Part shown: one piece after another, positions 1-10,421 of the stretch
How the letters are laid out: each line of letters starts with the position of its first letter
Numbering within the stretch: the stretch's first letter is position 1
NCBI GenBank assembly: GCA_016861265.1
Contig: BOLA01000001.1
Span: 934,150-998,149, forward strand
DNA length: 64,000 nt
Origin: Patescibacteria group bacterium
GTDB lineage: Bacteria > Patescibacteriota > Dojkabacteria > J137
Reading direction: 5' to 3'
Translations under genes and position numbers: made by a program
Notes under the pieces: generated by a model
Seen by the model: the letters and a program-made list of their open reading frames with translations, nothing else
Database searches by the model: none
What the model was told of the DNA's origin: nothing

Positions 1-159
1 TTGTGGGCAAAGGAAAATAATAAGCAATATATTTATCTTGGTTCCGTTATTGATAGCAAGGCCAAATATAAACTGCAATTTCAGGGTGTTGAATGGTTTA
101 ATACAGAATCCCAACTATGGAGCAATAATGTAGAGGAACTAAAATCTATAATTAATTAA
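1..159 (+). CDS. 3' end of an upstream CDS of unknown product (partial; N-terminus is outside the window)
   Basis: Open frame from window position 1 to a TAA stop at 157-159 (…WFNTESQLWSNNVEELKSIIN*). It converges on pth. Confidence 0.3.
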   Translation: MWAKENNKQYIYLGSVIDSKAKYKLQFQGVEWFNTESQLWSNNVEELKSIIN

Positions 160-700
160 AGTTCTTAATTTTACTAAATAATTCGTTGAGTTTATTTAAC
201 TCATCTTCGGTGAATCTTCCAAGAACATAATCTGATCCGTTTATATTTTTTCTTAATTCATCTGTTCTATTATCAATTCCAATTCGTAATCGCCAGAATT
301 CAGTGGTAGAAAGTTTGTTTTCAATAGATAAAATTCCATTATGAACTTTGGGACCCTTATTAAACTGTAGTTTATATTCACCTAGTTTAATATCAAGATC
401 ATCGTGAGCGATTAAAATTTGTGAGGGATTAATTTTATAGAATTGAGCAATTGCAACCACTGCATCCCCACTGGAATTCATATATGTATTGGGTTTAGCC
501 AATAACAATTTATTATTGTCTATAACAACAGTAGAAATCTCGGACTTAAACTTAGTTTCGTTTAGAAATTGAATATTCCATGAATCTAAAAACAGAAAGC
601 CTGCGTTGTGTCTAGTTTTAAAGTAGTCCTTCCCTGGATTCCCCAGACCTACTATCAATTTAATATCGTTAATGTCGAATACCTTTTCCTGATTATTCAC
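152..700 (-). CDS. pth: peptidyl-tRNA hydrolase
   Basis: 182 aa; N-terminal LIVGLGNPGKDY…TRHNAGF is the classic Pth signature. Confidence 0.9.
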   Translation of the reverse strand: MNNQEKVFDINDIKLIVGLGNPGKDYFKTRHNAGFLFLDSWNIQFLNETKFKSEISTVVIDNNKLLLAKPNTYMNSSGDAVVAIAQFYKINPSQILIAHDDLDIKLGEYKLQFNKGPKVHNGILSIENKLSTTEFWRLRIGIDNRTDELRKNINGSDYVLGRFTEDELNKLNELFSKIKNFN

Positions 701-1532
701 CTTGAAGCTTTGTAAGATTTATTAAATTTCTTAGTAGACAGGCAATTGTAATTGGTCCAATACCTCCTGGTACTGGTGTATATATTATGTTCAAATCATC
801 TTCATCTTTTATAAAATCTCCAACCACTTTGCCTTCAATTAACTTACTGGTAACATCTATTACTAATGTATTTTCACTTAACTGTGAAAATTTGTATAAA
901 TTTCCCTTTCCAGTTGCGCTTACAACTATATTGTTACTTTTTAATAGATTCTCAATGTTGTCACTGAATTCATTCGCAATTGTTACGGTACAACCTAAAG
1001 TAGATAGAATCATTGCTAATGGTTTACCTATTAAATCTGAGTTGTTAATTATTAAAACATTTGTTCCAGGTAAATCTTTGGAATAGGAGTTTTTTATGAC
1101 TTCAAGACAAGCATCTACAGTTGCTGGAAGTATTCCGTTCATTAGATCCTGTGAGTACAATCCAAAGTTAATTGCGGATAAACCGTCAACATCTTTTAAT
1201 GGATTTATTGAATTCAAGAGTCTGTGTTTGTAGGGGGCTAGTGATTCGTGTAATGGTAATTGAATTAATATTCCATTTACCGAAGAGTCGTTATTCAGAT
1301 TATTAATTTTAGTTAATACGTCTTCTATTTTGGAATTTTCCGAGAACTGAATAAGATCAGTTTTTATACCGAGCTCGATAGCCTTTTGCATTTTTAAAGA
1401 AATATACTTCTTACTGGACGAATCCGAGCCGGCATCTATTATGGCTAGTTTTACACTCTGCATTCTGCTTAGAGAATTTTTTATATCAGTGGTTATATCC
1501 TCAGCTATTTGTTTACATTCTACTTTTGTCAT
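693..1532 (-). CDS. folD: bifunctional methylenetetrahydrofolate dehydrogenase/cyclohydrolase
   Basis: 279 aa; GILIQLPL motif and Rossmann GxGxxG-like segment; 8-nt overlap with pth (operon). Confidence 0.85.
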   Translation of the reverse strand: MTKVECKQIAEDITTDIKNSLSRMQSVKLAIIDAGSDSSSKKYISLKMQKAIELGIKTDLIQFSENSKIEDVLTKINNLNNDSSVNGILIQLPLHESLAPYKHRLLNSINPLKDVDGLSAINFGLYSQDLMNGILPATVDACLEVIKNSYSKDLPGTNVLIINNSDLIGKPLAMILSTLGCTVTIANEFSDNIENLLKSNNIVVSATGKGNLYKFSQLSENTLVIDVTSKLIEGKVVGDFIKDEDDLNIIYTPVPGGIGPITIACLLRNLINLTKLQGE

Positions 1533-1619
1533 ATTTTGATTTTAACACTTGCTAGTTGTAATAGAAATCTTAACCTACAGATATGTGATTAATATTTTGC
1601 TGGAGAAGGAATTAGCTTT

Positions 1620-1647
1620 GAGCGGCGAAGTTAAAACTTCGCCGCTC
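1620..1647 (-). terminator. 11-bp stem hairpin (GAGCGGCGAAG/loop/CTTCGCCGCTC) just downstream of the 1676..2539 gene
   Basis: Perfect inverted repeat seen in sequence; no strong U-tract. Confidence 0.4.
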
Positions 1648-1675
1648 GGCACATTTGCACTAACTATCAGATCGG

Positions 1676-2539
1676 TTATTCACAACCTACAACGGTTAAA
1701 GAGGCATCTCCCGCGTTAATAGATGCATTCGTGACAAAACTTGTGACCGCCGAAGTTGTCATGTATTCAGTCCACCCTGCTTCTATACCGCGTGCAACCA
1801 TTGCAACACTTATCTCCTCAAACCACTTTCCAACTTTTGAATCAACCTGAAGTTGTGTAGAAGTTGAGAAGCTTTGTAATGAGGAAGTAAGCAAAAGTGT
1901 GCCTGCCGTATTAAAGATCGGGAGAATGTAAACATTCCCGAATGTATATATTCCCGGCAGAGTGACCGAATTAATGCGTGGACGGTTCAAGACTGTGCAA
2001 TTGGTATCGACTGCATTTGAAAATGCCTCACCGGTCATTTCACCGTTAAAGGCTTCTACGTCACTTACGCAGTCGAATACCACCATCATCTGCGGTGCAT
2101 TTACTGTATCCACAGAGAACACAAAATCGGTGTCTGCTTCAACAGTATTGACCGAAGATACTGTAAAGGTCTTTGCCACAAAATCAGCTTTGCCCCGATA
2201 CAGTGTAAAACCATAGGTTTCCGAATGTAATGTTACCTGCCCTGTTGCACCACTCAGCGAGAATGCAAGCCACTTACTCAAATATAGGTAGTAGCGAGCA
2301 GAAACTCCTTGACGAGTGGTTGTGAAGAAATTCACCTCGCAACGATTTGGGGTGGGAGTAACATCTCCTTGTGCCTGCAACACGAGCTGTTGCGAAGCAG
2401 CTACTTCTGTTGGCTGAACCTGTTGTGTAAGCGCCGAATCCAGCGTTGGCGATGGTTCGTCCTGTGCACCTACAATAACAAAGGACAACATGAGTGGCAG
2501 AATCGCCAAAAGCACCGATAGCACTACAGCTCTCTTCAT
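1676..2539 (-). CDS. secreted hypothetical protein on a GC-rich islet (~48% GC)
   Basis: 287 aa; N-terminal signal peptide ending …VIVGAQD; composition clearly above the ~30% GC background; overlapping antisense ORFs are typical of GC-rich coding DNA. Confidence 0.6.
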   Translation of the reverse strand: MKRAVVLSVLLAILPLMLSFVIVGAQDEPSPTLDSALTQQVQPTEVAASQQLVLQAQGDVTPTPNRCEVNFFTTTRQGVSARYYLYLSKWLAFSLSGATGQVTLHSETYGFTLYRGKADFVAKTFTVSSVNTVEADTDFVFSVDTVNAPQMMVVFDCVSDVEAFNGEMTGEAFSNAVDTNCTVLNRPRINSVTLPGIYTFGNVYILPIFNTAGTLLLTSSLQSFSTSTQLQVDSKVGKWFEEISVAMVARGIEAGWTEYMTTSAVTSFVTNASINAGDASLTVVGCE

Positions 2540-2576
2540 TTATATAGCTCCGTGATTTCACTGACTCTCGATAGTT

Positions 2577-2619
2577 GTAGTCAGCTGAATAACTTAATAA
2601 AAATCATTCAGCTGACTAC
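2577..2619. promoter_or_regulatory. perfect 14-bp inverted repeat GTAGTCAGCTGAAT-N15-ATTCAGCTGACTAC upstream of the islet gene (candidate operator)
   Basis: Seen directly; located 38-80 nt upstream of the minus-strand start at 2539. Confidence 0.45.
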
Positions 2620-2727
2620 ACGTGTTAATGTGCGTTATCAATTATTAGTAACAATAACTGGTTCTGGGATTATATCGCGATTGAATGATAAAGCATAGTT
2701 TAGGTGAGGATTTACCTCACCTAAAGT

Positions 2728-3909
2728 TTATTCTTGTAATATTACTTTTACTTCTATCTCTTCTGTAGCACGTAAGAGCTTAAGTGTAACTTCGTCTCCT
2801 ACTCTATAACCTTGAATTACCACATTTAATGGTCTATTCTCTGTAAGTTTCTCCCCATCTACTTCAAGTATAATGTCACCTTCCTTTAAACCAGCCTTTT
2901 GTGCAGCACTATCGGGAACAATTGCTGGATCCCCTGCTAGTGAACCTTTGACAATTAGAGCACCAGTATCCACAGTTAGATTATTACTCTTCTTTAGATC
3001 CTCATCTATCATTCTGAATCTCACACCCAGTTTAGGTCTTAAGATCTTTCCGTCAGTATTTAATCTCTGTAGTAGTTCAACAACTACATTGGATGGTATT
3101 GCAAAACCAATTCCGTTTGCATCACTTGCTACAGCAACATTCACCCCGACAACATTACCACTTAAATCCAATAACGGTCCGCCAGAGTTTCCAGAGTTAA
3201 TACTAGCATCTGTTTGAATTACATCGTAGAGTTGTTCAGCTGAACCGCCCAATCTATCGGTTGCAGTTATGTTTCTGCCAAGTCCCGAAACAATTCCTGA
3301 ACTTACTGTATTACTGAATTCACCAAGTGCATTACCTATAGCTACAACAGTTTGCCCAACTTTTATTTGGGATGAGTCCCCAAAATTTAGTGGAATTAAA
3401 TTATTAGCTTCAATTTTTAGAAATGCAATATCCAACAAAGTGTCTTTTGCAAGAACTGTAGCTGCATATTTTTGCCCATCATTTAAAACAACTGTGTACT
3501 CAGCCTTTTCTTCGTCAACTACATGTCTGTTTGTAATAATCATTCCATCTTCACTGATAATAAAACCTGTTCCTGCTGCTACTTCCTGAAGCTTATCGGC
3601 ATCTGTTGAATTGTCAGTATTGTTATCTGGTAAGCCAAAGTATCTTAGAAATGGATCTGATCTTAGATTCTCAATGTCTGATACATGTTGAGATACGACA
3701 ATACTTACAACAGAATTCGATGATTTATTTGCAACATCTATTACTGCTTCTTCTTGATTTGTAACCTGTAATTGATTAACAATGCCGCCCGTTAAGGTAT
3801 TCACGGTTGCATTCGATAATCTTGCCCCGACTATACCTCCAAATAAACCAGCACAGCATGCCAGTAGAACAGTACCGCAACTAAAAACTATAAGACCTAA
3901 TTTACGCAT
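2728..3909 (-). CDS. htrA: HtrA/DegP-family serine protease with C-terminal PDZ domain
   Basis: 393 aa; N-terminal TM/signal; trypsin-like core with GNSGGPLLD catalytic Ser motif; PDZ-like C-terminus. Confidence 0.85.
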   Translation of the reverse strand: MRKLGLIVFSCGTVLLACCAGLFGGIVGARLSNATVNTLTGGIVNQLQVTNQEEAVIDVANKSSNSVVSIVVSQHVSDIENLRSDPFLRYFGLPDNNTDNSTDADKLQEVAAGTGFIISEDGMIITNRHVVDEEKAEYTVVLNDGQKYAATVLAKDTLLDIAFLKIEANNLIPLNFGDSSQIKVGQTVVAIGNALGEFSNTVSSGIVSGLGRNITATDRLGGSAEQLYDVIQTDASINSGNSGGPLLDLSGNVVGVNVAVASDANGIGFAIPSNVVVELLQRLNTDGKILRPKLGVRFRMIDEDLKKSNNLTVDTGALIVKGSLAGDPAIVPDSAAQKAGLKEGDIILEVDGEKLTENRPLNVVIQGYRVGDEVTLKLLRATEEIEVKVILQE

Positions 3910-4006
3910 AATTAAATAGTAATATTTATAAGCAATTAAAATTCTATTCCTGTTTTATGAATTTTTTATGAAAATAAATTCTTGGCAATAACATTAGCAA
4001 ACATTA

Positions 4007-4723
4007 CTATCTTCGTTTTCCGGTTATGCTCAATACTCTTATGAATAGATTTACAAAATCCAGATAAAGTTGAAGAGCACCTATAATGGCATATCTTCCA
4101 TAACCTTGCCCACTTGCCTCTGCCTCGGCAGCCAGTCTTTTTAAAGCATTTGCATCGGAAGCAATTAATACACTGAATATAATTACCACAACATAATTTA
4201 ATATTGCATTAAGACCATTAAACAATGGCGAGTTAAGCAACAACAAAACCAAATTAACAATACTAACCAGAATTACTCCAAACAGTGCAAATAAGGCGAC
4301 TGCTTGCCATCTGCTTAAATCCTTTTTAGTTACTAATCCATATACAGCAAGCACTAAAAACATTAGCGAAGATATACCGAAGGCAACAAATAGTGAACTT
4401 ACTGTGTAATTAATTGCAATTATTCCTACGGTCAAACCACTTATTAATGAATAAACAATGAATAAAATACTTGCCAGCGCAGCATTTAAACGTCTACCAA
4501 GTGCGGATAATACAACCACTAGAATTAGCTGAACTATTAAGACTGGAAAAAATAAAACTGAAAAAAGTACTAATAGTTGTGCTGATTGAGAACTTAAAAT
4601 ATTAATAATAAATGCGATTACACCAGTTAGAAATACTCCGATAGTCATCCAGCCGAATACCTGTGCTGTAAAGGTACCATTGGCAGCTACAACAGATCTG
4701 TTATCTAAATACGAATTTTCCAT
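4007..4723 (-). CDS. Bax-inhibitor-1/YccA-family polytopic membrane protein
   Basis: 238 aa, ~7 predicted TM helices; overall resemblance to BI-1/YccA family. Confidence 0.5.
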   Translation of the reverse strand: MENSYLDNRSVVAANGTFTAQVFGWMTIGVFLTGVIAFIINILSSQSAQLLVLFSVLFFPVLIVQLILVVVLSALGRRLNAALASILFIVYSLISGLTVGIIAINYTVSSLFVAFGISSLMFLVLAVYGLVTKKDLSRWQAVALFALFGVILVSIVNLVLLLLNSPLFNGLNAILNYVVVIIFSVLIASDANALKRLAAEAEASGQGYGRYAIIGALQLYLDFVNLFIRVLSITGKRR

Positions 4724-4784
4724 TGAATTCTAATAACAAATAATTATTAATATTATACATCTACAGTACCTTAATTATGCGCAC

Positions 4785-5858
4785 TTACTTAGTCGGTTTC
4801 TCATCCTCCTGTAATGGGTGAAAGTCATGGTGCGATTTTTCAGCAAACTTATCTGAGGCATGAACATACCTAGAAGTTGTTTGTAAGGAAGAGTGACCTA
4901 ATAATCTTTGAATTGCTACGGGACTTGCGCCTTCTTCGGCAATATATGTGGCAAAGCCATGCCTAAGGCTGTGGGCAGATGTTGGAACAATTATTCCAAG
5001 CCTAGTTCTGTATTCTTTAATCTTCATTTGAATGTAATTTTGAGAAAGTCTTATTAGATAGGGATTATTGGTCGCTTTTCGTGTACCCTTGGTTGGAACG
5101 AACATTGCAGGAAACTCATCAGTTCTATCTTTCAAGTATTCTTCTAAGAATTCCTTAGCTCTATGGGTAAGGTATACGAACCTTTGTTTCTTACCTTTAC
5201 CTAGTATATAAATTCTATCGTCTACTACTCTCCCATCTTGAAATTTAATCTGTTCCCGATTCAAATTTACTACCTCAGAAATTCTCATACCTGTGGAAAA
5301 TATCAATTCCAGTATTGCCCTATTTCTTATTTTTACAATTGGATCTTCTTCAAAGTGAGTTGGGCATTCAATTAAATCTACAAGCTCATTAAATTCAGCA
5401 ACCTGCTTTTCTTTCTTCTCAGCCTTAATTAATTTTATTGCAGACGGAGCAATTGGTGATGGTTTATCGAAATCCACCAAAAAAGTTAAATAAGATCTTA
5501 ATGCTGAAAGCATTCTGTTTACACTATTATCTGATAACTGACCCTTGTACATAGCCTTTTTTACCTCCGAAATATTATTTTGTGACTCTTCAATATCGGC
5601 CTGTGTTAACTCCATATTCTCTTTGTATTTATGAAGAATGGGAATATAATTTTGTTCTCGTAGAAATCCTTTATATTCGCTAATTGTCAGCTTATCAATT
5701 TTGCTAAATGGAGTTTCAATGTAGTATAAAAATGCTGAGAAAATTTCTAGGTCTCGACCGTAGTTATCTAATGTTTCCTTTGAATAGTTATTATTCTTAA
5801 GATTAAGTAAATATTCTCTTAGAAAGTCTAATTTGTAAGGGTTAGAAATATCGGTCAT
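4785..5858 (-). CDS. tyrosine site-specific recombinase (XerC/XerD-like integrase family)
   Basis: 357 aa; C-terminal HSLRHGFATYIAEEG…LLGHSSLQTTSRYVH contains the R…HxxR…Y catalytic signature. Confidence 0.8.
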   Translation of the reverse strand: MTDISNPYKLDFLREYLLNLKNNNYSKETLDNYGRDLEIFSAFLYYIETPFSKIDKLTISEYKGFLREQNYIPILHKYKENMELTQADIEESQNNISEVKKAMYKGQLSDNSVNRMLSALRSYLTFLVDFDKPSPIAPSAIKLIKAEKKEKQVAEFNELVDLIECPTHFEEDPIVKIRNRAILELIFSTGMRISEVVNLNREQIKFQDGRVVDDRIYILGKGKKQRFVYLTHRAKEFLEEYLKDRTDEFPAMFVPTKGTRKATNNPYLIRLSQNYIQMKIKEYRTRLGIIVPTSAHSLRHGFATYIAEEGASPVAIQRLLGHSSLQTTSRYVHASDKFAEKSHHDFHPLQEDEKPTK

Positions 5859-5937
5859 GTTTATATAATACAGTACAAACTTAATATTCTAAATAGTAAG
5901 TCTTGCGTGTATTAACATTAATTGCAATAATCACCAT

Positions 5938-7485
5938 ATGAAATTACCTACAGCAATAAAAATACCCAAATTTGTAAAATTACTTATTTTAGGTCTGATA
6001 ATAGTTGGCTTTTTAAGTAGATTACTAGGAGCTTTTATAGATCCTGATATGTGGTGGCATATTAAACTAGGCGGAGATATTATAAATGGGCAGTGGGTTA
6101 ATACCTTAACATTTACTTGTACTGACTATATATGGATAAACCATTCATGGTTATCCGATGTTCTAATCTATCAGATTAATACTCTGCTGGGTTTTCAAGG
6201 GTTAGCAATTTTCTTCGCATTAATTTTTTCTGGAGGAATTCTATTCAGCTTACTTTCTTTGAAACTTGTTTTAAAGCAGTACAAAATTAAGAATTCCGTA
6301 CTGAGTACTTTACTATACATAGCCTTCTTTACTTTACTCTTAAGTTCATTTATAGCAATAAGACCGCAGGTCTTTACCTTCCTGTTCTTTAATGCCTTAA
6401 TATTTTTCTTACTTAAATTTTACTATGCAAAATCAGTAAGGTTTATTTCTTTAATTCCATTCTCGTTGTTTTTTATATTGTGGGTAAACTTGCATGGAGG
6501 ATTTGTTATAGGCATTGTATTGACTGGTATATTCATTACTGCAATATTTTTTGAATTCCTTTTTAAACTATTTAACAGGCAGCAGGAAGAAGCCAAGCTA
6601 CTCCTAAGTAAAATTAAGTATTTATTTGTATTTATAATCATTTTTCTTATATCAAGTCTTATTAATCCATTCGGATTAGATTTATGGAAGGAAATATTTA
6701 CACTTGTATTGGGCAGCAATAATGCCAACTTTATTACAGAATGGAAGTCCATAAACATTAAAGATTCTTATGGTTTATTCTATTTTATGTTATTTGTAGG
6801 AACGCTACTTCTGCAGATTGTAAATAAAAGTAGCAACCTATTAAGATTACTGATGGTTGTAGGTCTTGGATTGCTCTCACTTTATTCAATTCGTTATATC
6901 CTTCCTGTAAGCGGAATAGTCCTTCTAGTCCTGTTTATAGAAGCCAATATTCTATTCGAATGGCTTTTAAATAAAATCTTAACAAAGGATAAAGATATTT
7001 TAAGACTTTTAGCTATTCTTAAATATGTATTGGTAATTACAATTGCATTGGTTTCGGCCATGAGCGGTTATATAGGAATCGCATTCTTTACCACTTTGAA
7101 TAATACTAACGAGGCTGCGGATTTGCTCTACCCGACAAAAGCCAAGGATTTTCTAGAAGAAAATAAAGATGAATATTCAAATCTAAGATTCTACAACACT
7201 TATGTGTGGGGCGGATATCTTGAATATACCCTCCCGGATTACAAATGGATAATAGATGGAAGAATGCCTGAATGGCACTGCAAGGGTATGGTTAGAAGCA
7301 GTATTATGCTGGATTACATCGAGGTAGAAGATCTAGGCTCAAACTGGAATTTGGTCTTAGAGAAACAGAATATTAGTGGCTTGATTATAAAAACAAATAG
7401 TATTTTGTATAATGTTATTAATACAAGCAGCAACTGGAATAAAGTATACACCGATGAAACTGCAACAATATTTATTAGAAATTAA
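5938..7485 (+). CDS. polytopic membrane protein, possible GT-C-type glycosyltransferase
   Basis: 515 aa, >10 TM helices; acidic DPD in first predicted external loop; family assignment is an inference. Confidence 0.4.
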   Translation: MKLPTAIKIPKFVKLLILGLIIVGFLSRLLGAFIDPDMWWHIKLGGDIINGQWVNTLTFTCTDYIWINHSWLSDVLIYQINTLLGFQGLAIFFALIFSGGILFSLLSLKLVLKQYKIKNSVLSTLLYIAFFTLLLSSFIAIRPQVFTFLFFNALIFFLLKFYYAKSVRFISLIPFSLFFILWVNLHGGFVIGIVLTGIFITAIFFEFLFKLFNRQQEEAKLLLSKIKYLFVFIIIFLISSLINPFGLDLWKEIFTLVLGSNNANFITEWKSINIKDSYGLFYFMLFVGTLLLQIVNKSSNLLRLLMVVGLGLLSLYSIRYILPVSGIVLLVLFIEANILFEWLLNKILTKDKDILRLLAILKYVLVITIALVSAMSGYIGIAFFTTLNNTNEAADLLYPTKAKDFLEENKDEYSNLRFYNTYVWGGYLEYTLPDYKWIIDGRMPEWHCKGMVRSSIMLDYIEVEDLGSNWNLVLEKQNISGLIIKTNSILYNVINTSSNWNKVYTDETATIFIRN

Positions 7486-7495
7486 TGGAGCTCAC

Positions 7496-8839
7496 ATGTT
7501 GAACACACAGTTAAAAACAATATTAGATTTTGAATATAATAGGCAACATAATACGCTAGACTTGATTGCTTCCGAAAACTATACATCCAAAGCGGTAAGG
7601 GAAGCGGTAGGCTCGATATTTATGCACAAATACTCAGAAGGATATCCTGGAGCGCGTTATTACGAAGGTAATGAATATATTGATCAGCTTGAGATATTGG
7701 CAATAAATCTTGTTAAAAAAGTGTTTGAGTTACCACAAGATTGGGGAGCAAATGTACAGCCTCTAGCTGGTTCAAATGCAAATCTAGCTGTTTACAATGC
7801 AATTCTTAACCCTGGAGATAAAATTTTAAGTATGTATTTACCAGATGGAGGGCACTTGAGTCACGGTTGGAGCTACGGAACAAAGGAGGAAAAAGCCAAT
7901 GAGGATGTGAATTCTCCACTATATAGAGGCGGAAGCCGAAAAGTAAATATTGTATCAAAGTTCTTTAATGTTGTTCAGTATAAGACTGATCCCTCAACTT
8001 TTCTAATTGATTACGATAAACTTGAGCAGCTTGCCCTACAGGAGAAACCCAAGTTAATTATTACGGGTGGAACAGCTTATGTAAGGAATATTGATTACAA
8101 AAGGGTTGCTGAGATAGCAAAAAAGGTAGGTGCATATTACTTGGCAGACGTAGCGCATGAGGCAGGTTTAATTGCGGGCAAGGTTTTAGAAAGTCCAATC
8201 GGTATTGCTCATGCAGTTACCTTTACAACACATAAAACACTAAGAGGACCAAAGGGTGCAGTAATTTGTGCTAATCAAGGCATTATTGAGAAAATAAACA
8301 AATCTATTATGCCTGGACTTCAAGGTGGTCCACATAATGGAACGATTGCTGGTATTACGCAATGTTTATTCGAAGCAGATACCGAAGAATTTAGACAATA
8401 CTCGGCTCAAATTTTGGTTAATGCGAAAGTATTAGCTCAGGAGCTGACAGCAAATGGCTTTAATCTTATTACAGGCGGCACCGATAAGCATGCTATCTTA
8501 ATAGATTTAACAAATAAGAGTATTGGGGGAAAATTTGCCTCAATAGCCCTTAATGCAGCCGGGATAGTAACAAATATGAATACTATTCCTTACGAAACTA
8601 AATCCCCAATAAATCCTTCGGGACTTAGACTGGGCACACCATCAGTAACAACAAGAGGCTTTAAAGAAGAACAAATGAAACTAGTTGCAGAGTATATAAA
8701 TAAGGTAATTGATATAGCAAGTGAAGTAGATAATTCAAGTGTAGAGGCCTTTAGGGAATTGGTAAGTTCGAATTCACAAATAAAAGCCATTAAACAAAAG
8801 ATAATGGACTTGTGTACTCAGTTCCCATTGGGTGAATAA
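7496..8839 (+). CDS. glyA: serine hydroxymethyltransferase
   Basis: SENYTS…, THKTLRGPKG PLP-lysine motif; ATG at 7496 with upstream GGAG; the ORF track's earlier start overlaps the previous gene. Confidence 0.9.
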   Translation: MLNTQLKTILDFEYNRQHNTLDLIASENYTSKAVREAVGSIFMHKYSEGYPGARYYEGNEYIDQLEILAINLVKKVFELPQDWGANVQPLAGSNANLAVYNAILNPGDKILSMYLPDGGHLSHGWSYGTKEEKANEDVNSPLYRGGSRKVNIVSKFFNVVQYKTDPSTFLIDYDKLEQLALQEKPKLIITGGTAYVRNIDYKRVAEIAKKVGAYYLADVAHEAGLIAGKVLESPIGIAHAVTFTTHKTLRGPKGAVICANQGIIEKINKSIMPGLQGGPHNGTIAGITQCLFEADTEEFRQYSAQILVNAKVLAQELTANGFNLITGGTDKHAILIDLTNKSIGGKFASIALNAAGIVTNMNTIPYETKSPINPSGLRLGTPSVTTRGFKEEQMKLVAEYINKVIDIASEVDNSSVEAFRELVSSNSQIKAIKQKIMDLCTQFPLGE

Positions 8840-8901
8840 AGCCATTTTTAAGGCTTAAATTAAATGCTATTATATTTTGATTCTATTAGTTAATTATTTT
8901 T

Positions 8902-9609
8902 ATGAAGTTAACATCACTTTCTATAATATTGCCTTGCTACAACGAAGAAGAAAATGTAGAGAAAGTAATCAGGGCAGCTGATGCCGTTTGTCAAAAGGTG
9001 GCCGAAGATTACGAAATCCTAATTATAAACGACGGTAGTAAGGACCGAACTGAAGAAATTGCCAGTGGATTAACAGGTGAATTTCCTAAATTGGTTGTTA
9101 TAACTCAGGCGAATAAAGGATATGGGGGAGCAATTAAGAAAGGGTTTGAAAGCGCTTCAAAAGACTGGGTCTTTTTTACAGATTCAGATTTGCAATTTGA
9201 CTTGAACGAATTAGAATCTTTTATACCCTACTCCAGTGAATATAATTTTATATTTGGTTATAGAATAAAAAGAGCCGATAAATTTCATAGAATTTTAATA
9301 GCTAAAATGCTTAAGGTTTGGAATCGAATTCTACTAGGATTCCCATTGTATATTAAGGACATAGACTGTGCCTTTAAACTAATGAAAAGAGAAGACTTCT
9401 TGAGCATTTTTCCATTAGTTGTAGATGGAGGTCTTATAAACACAGAATTCATTTTGAAGATTCATAGAAAGGGTTATAAGATTAAACAAATCGGGGTTCA
9501 TCATTATCCGAGAGTTGCCGGTAATCCTACTGGATCTAACGTAGGCGTAATTATGAAAGCGGTAAGGGAGACTTTTAAACTTCGAAAAATGCTTGCTTCT
9601 CAAAAATAA
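8902..9609 (+). CDS. GT2-family polyprenol-phosphate glycosyltransferase (DPM-synthase/GtrB/CsbB-like)
   Basis: 235 aa; LSIILPCYNEE…INDGSKD…TDSD motifs of GT-A fold GT2. Confidence 0.8.
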   Translation: MKLTSLSIILPCYNEEENVEKVIRAADAVCQKVAEDYEILIINDGSKDRTEEIASGLTGEFPKLVVITQANKGYGGAIKKGFESASKDWVFFTDSDLQFDLNELESFIPYSSEYNFIFGYRIKRADKFHRILIAKMLKVWNRILLGFPLYIKDIDCAFKLMKREDFLSIFPLVVDGGLINTEFILKIHRKGYKIKQIGVHHYPRVAGNPTGSNVGVIMKAVRETFKLRKMLASQK

Positions 9610-9641
9610 TATATATTCGCTAAATATTCGATAATTGCATA

Positions 9642-9667
9642 AGTGCCTGGACAAGGCACTTTTTTGT
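9642..9667 (+). terminator. Rho-independent terminator (AGTGCCT-GGACA-AGGCACT + TTTTTT)
   Basis: Hairpin plus U-tract seen downstream of the GT2 gene. Confidence 0.7.
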
Positions 9668-9741
9668 TTGTACTGGTTGTAAAAAATAAATTGAACATGT
9701 ATAATGTAGTAGTTATATATAAATTTTAATATATACAACCT

Positions 9742-10356
9742 ATGATAAATATAATCTCAAAACTTAATATTTTTGTTGGTGTACTGTTGATAACAATAAC
9801 TCCGACATACTTCTATGTTTCGGCTCAACTGCAGCCTACTATTATTACGTCTAATTCATTGCCAGTAACTCAAACAGAAAGGGAAAGCAATATTCTAGAC
9901 GGTAATTTAGGTATTAGGGGTAATCTTGGCGGTGCTAATACGCTTAAGGCTATTAAGGTAACTGGAGATGGGCATGTAAAAATTGAATCGATCGGTATCG
10001 ATGCCAAAATTTACGAGGGTGCAGATTCCTCGGCTCTTGAGAAAGGGATTTGGAGAATGCCTGAGCATGGTACTCCAGACAATCAAGTTAGTGATCAACC
10101 TGTGGTATTGGCAGGACATAGATGGGGGCAAAATGACTTTACTTATGAGTACAGATCTAAGAACCTATTCTTAAATCTTCCTAGTTTAAGTAGAGGTGAT
10201 GTAATTGAAGTTACTTGGAATGGAGTTACTTATAAGTATGCAGTTACAGATGTTCAAAAGAACAATTATGTAGAAAAGTTGTCCGACTTGATCCTTATTA
10301 CTTGTGTTGATTACGTGTCAACAACTAGATACTTTGTATACGCTGAAAGAATCTAA
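9742..10356 (+). CDS. sortase-family transpeptidase
   Basis: 204 aa; N-terminal TM anchor; catalytic His in VVLAGHRWG, Cys in LILITCVDY (TLXTC), Arg near the C-terminus. Confidence 0.75.
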   Translation: MINIISKLNIFVGVLLITITPTYFYVSAQLQPTIITSNSLPVTQTERESNILDGNLGIRGNLGGANTLKAIKVTGDGHVKIESIGIDAKIYEGADSSALEKGIWRMPEHGTPDNQVSDQPVVLAGHRWGQNDFTYEYRSKNLFLNLPSLSRGDVIEVTWNGVTYKYAVTDVQKNNYVEKLSDLILITCVDYVSTTRYFVYAERI

Positions 10357-10421
10357 TAGATATTGACTTTTTTATATACTCAAGATATAATAAATATATA
10401 ACTTTTAATATAACTATATAT

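Noticed and set aside
787-1086. Plus-strand 99-aa ORF inside folD, and similar short ORFs such as 2873..3217, 6423..6758, 14333..14785 and 48863..49177
   Set aside because: They are wholly antisense to, or nested in, well-supported conserved genes, and have low-complexity, protein-unlike composition.
4785-5858. Tyrosine recombinase as a marker of an integrated prophage or mobile element
   Set aside because: It is surrounded by core-type genes (htrA, BI-1, folD, pth) with no phage structural, replication or attachment-site features. It is more likely a chromosomal Xer-type recombinase; the nearby GC-rich gene has its own separate boundaries.
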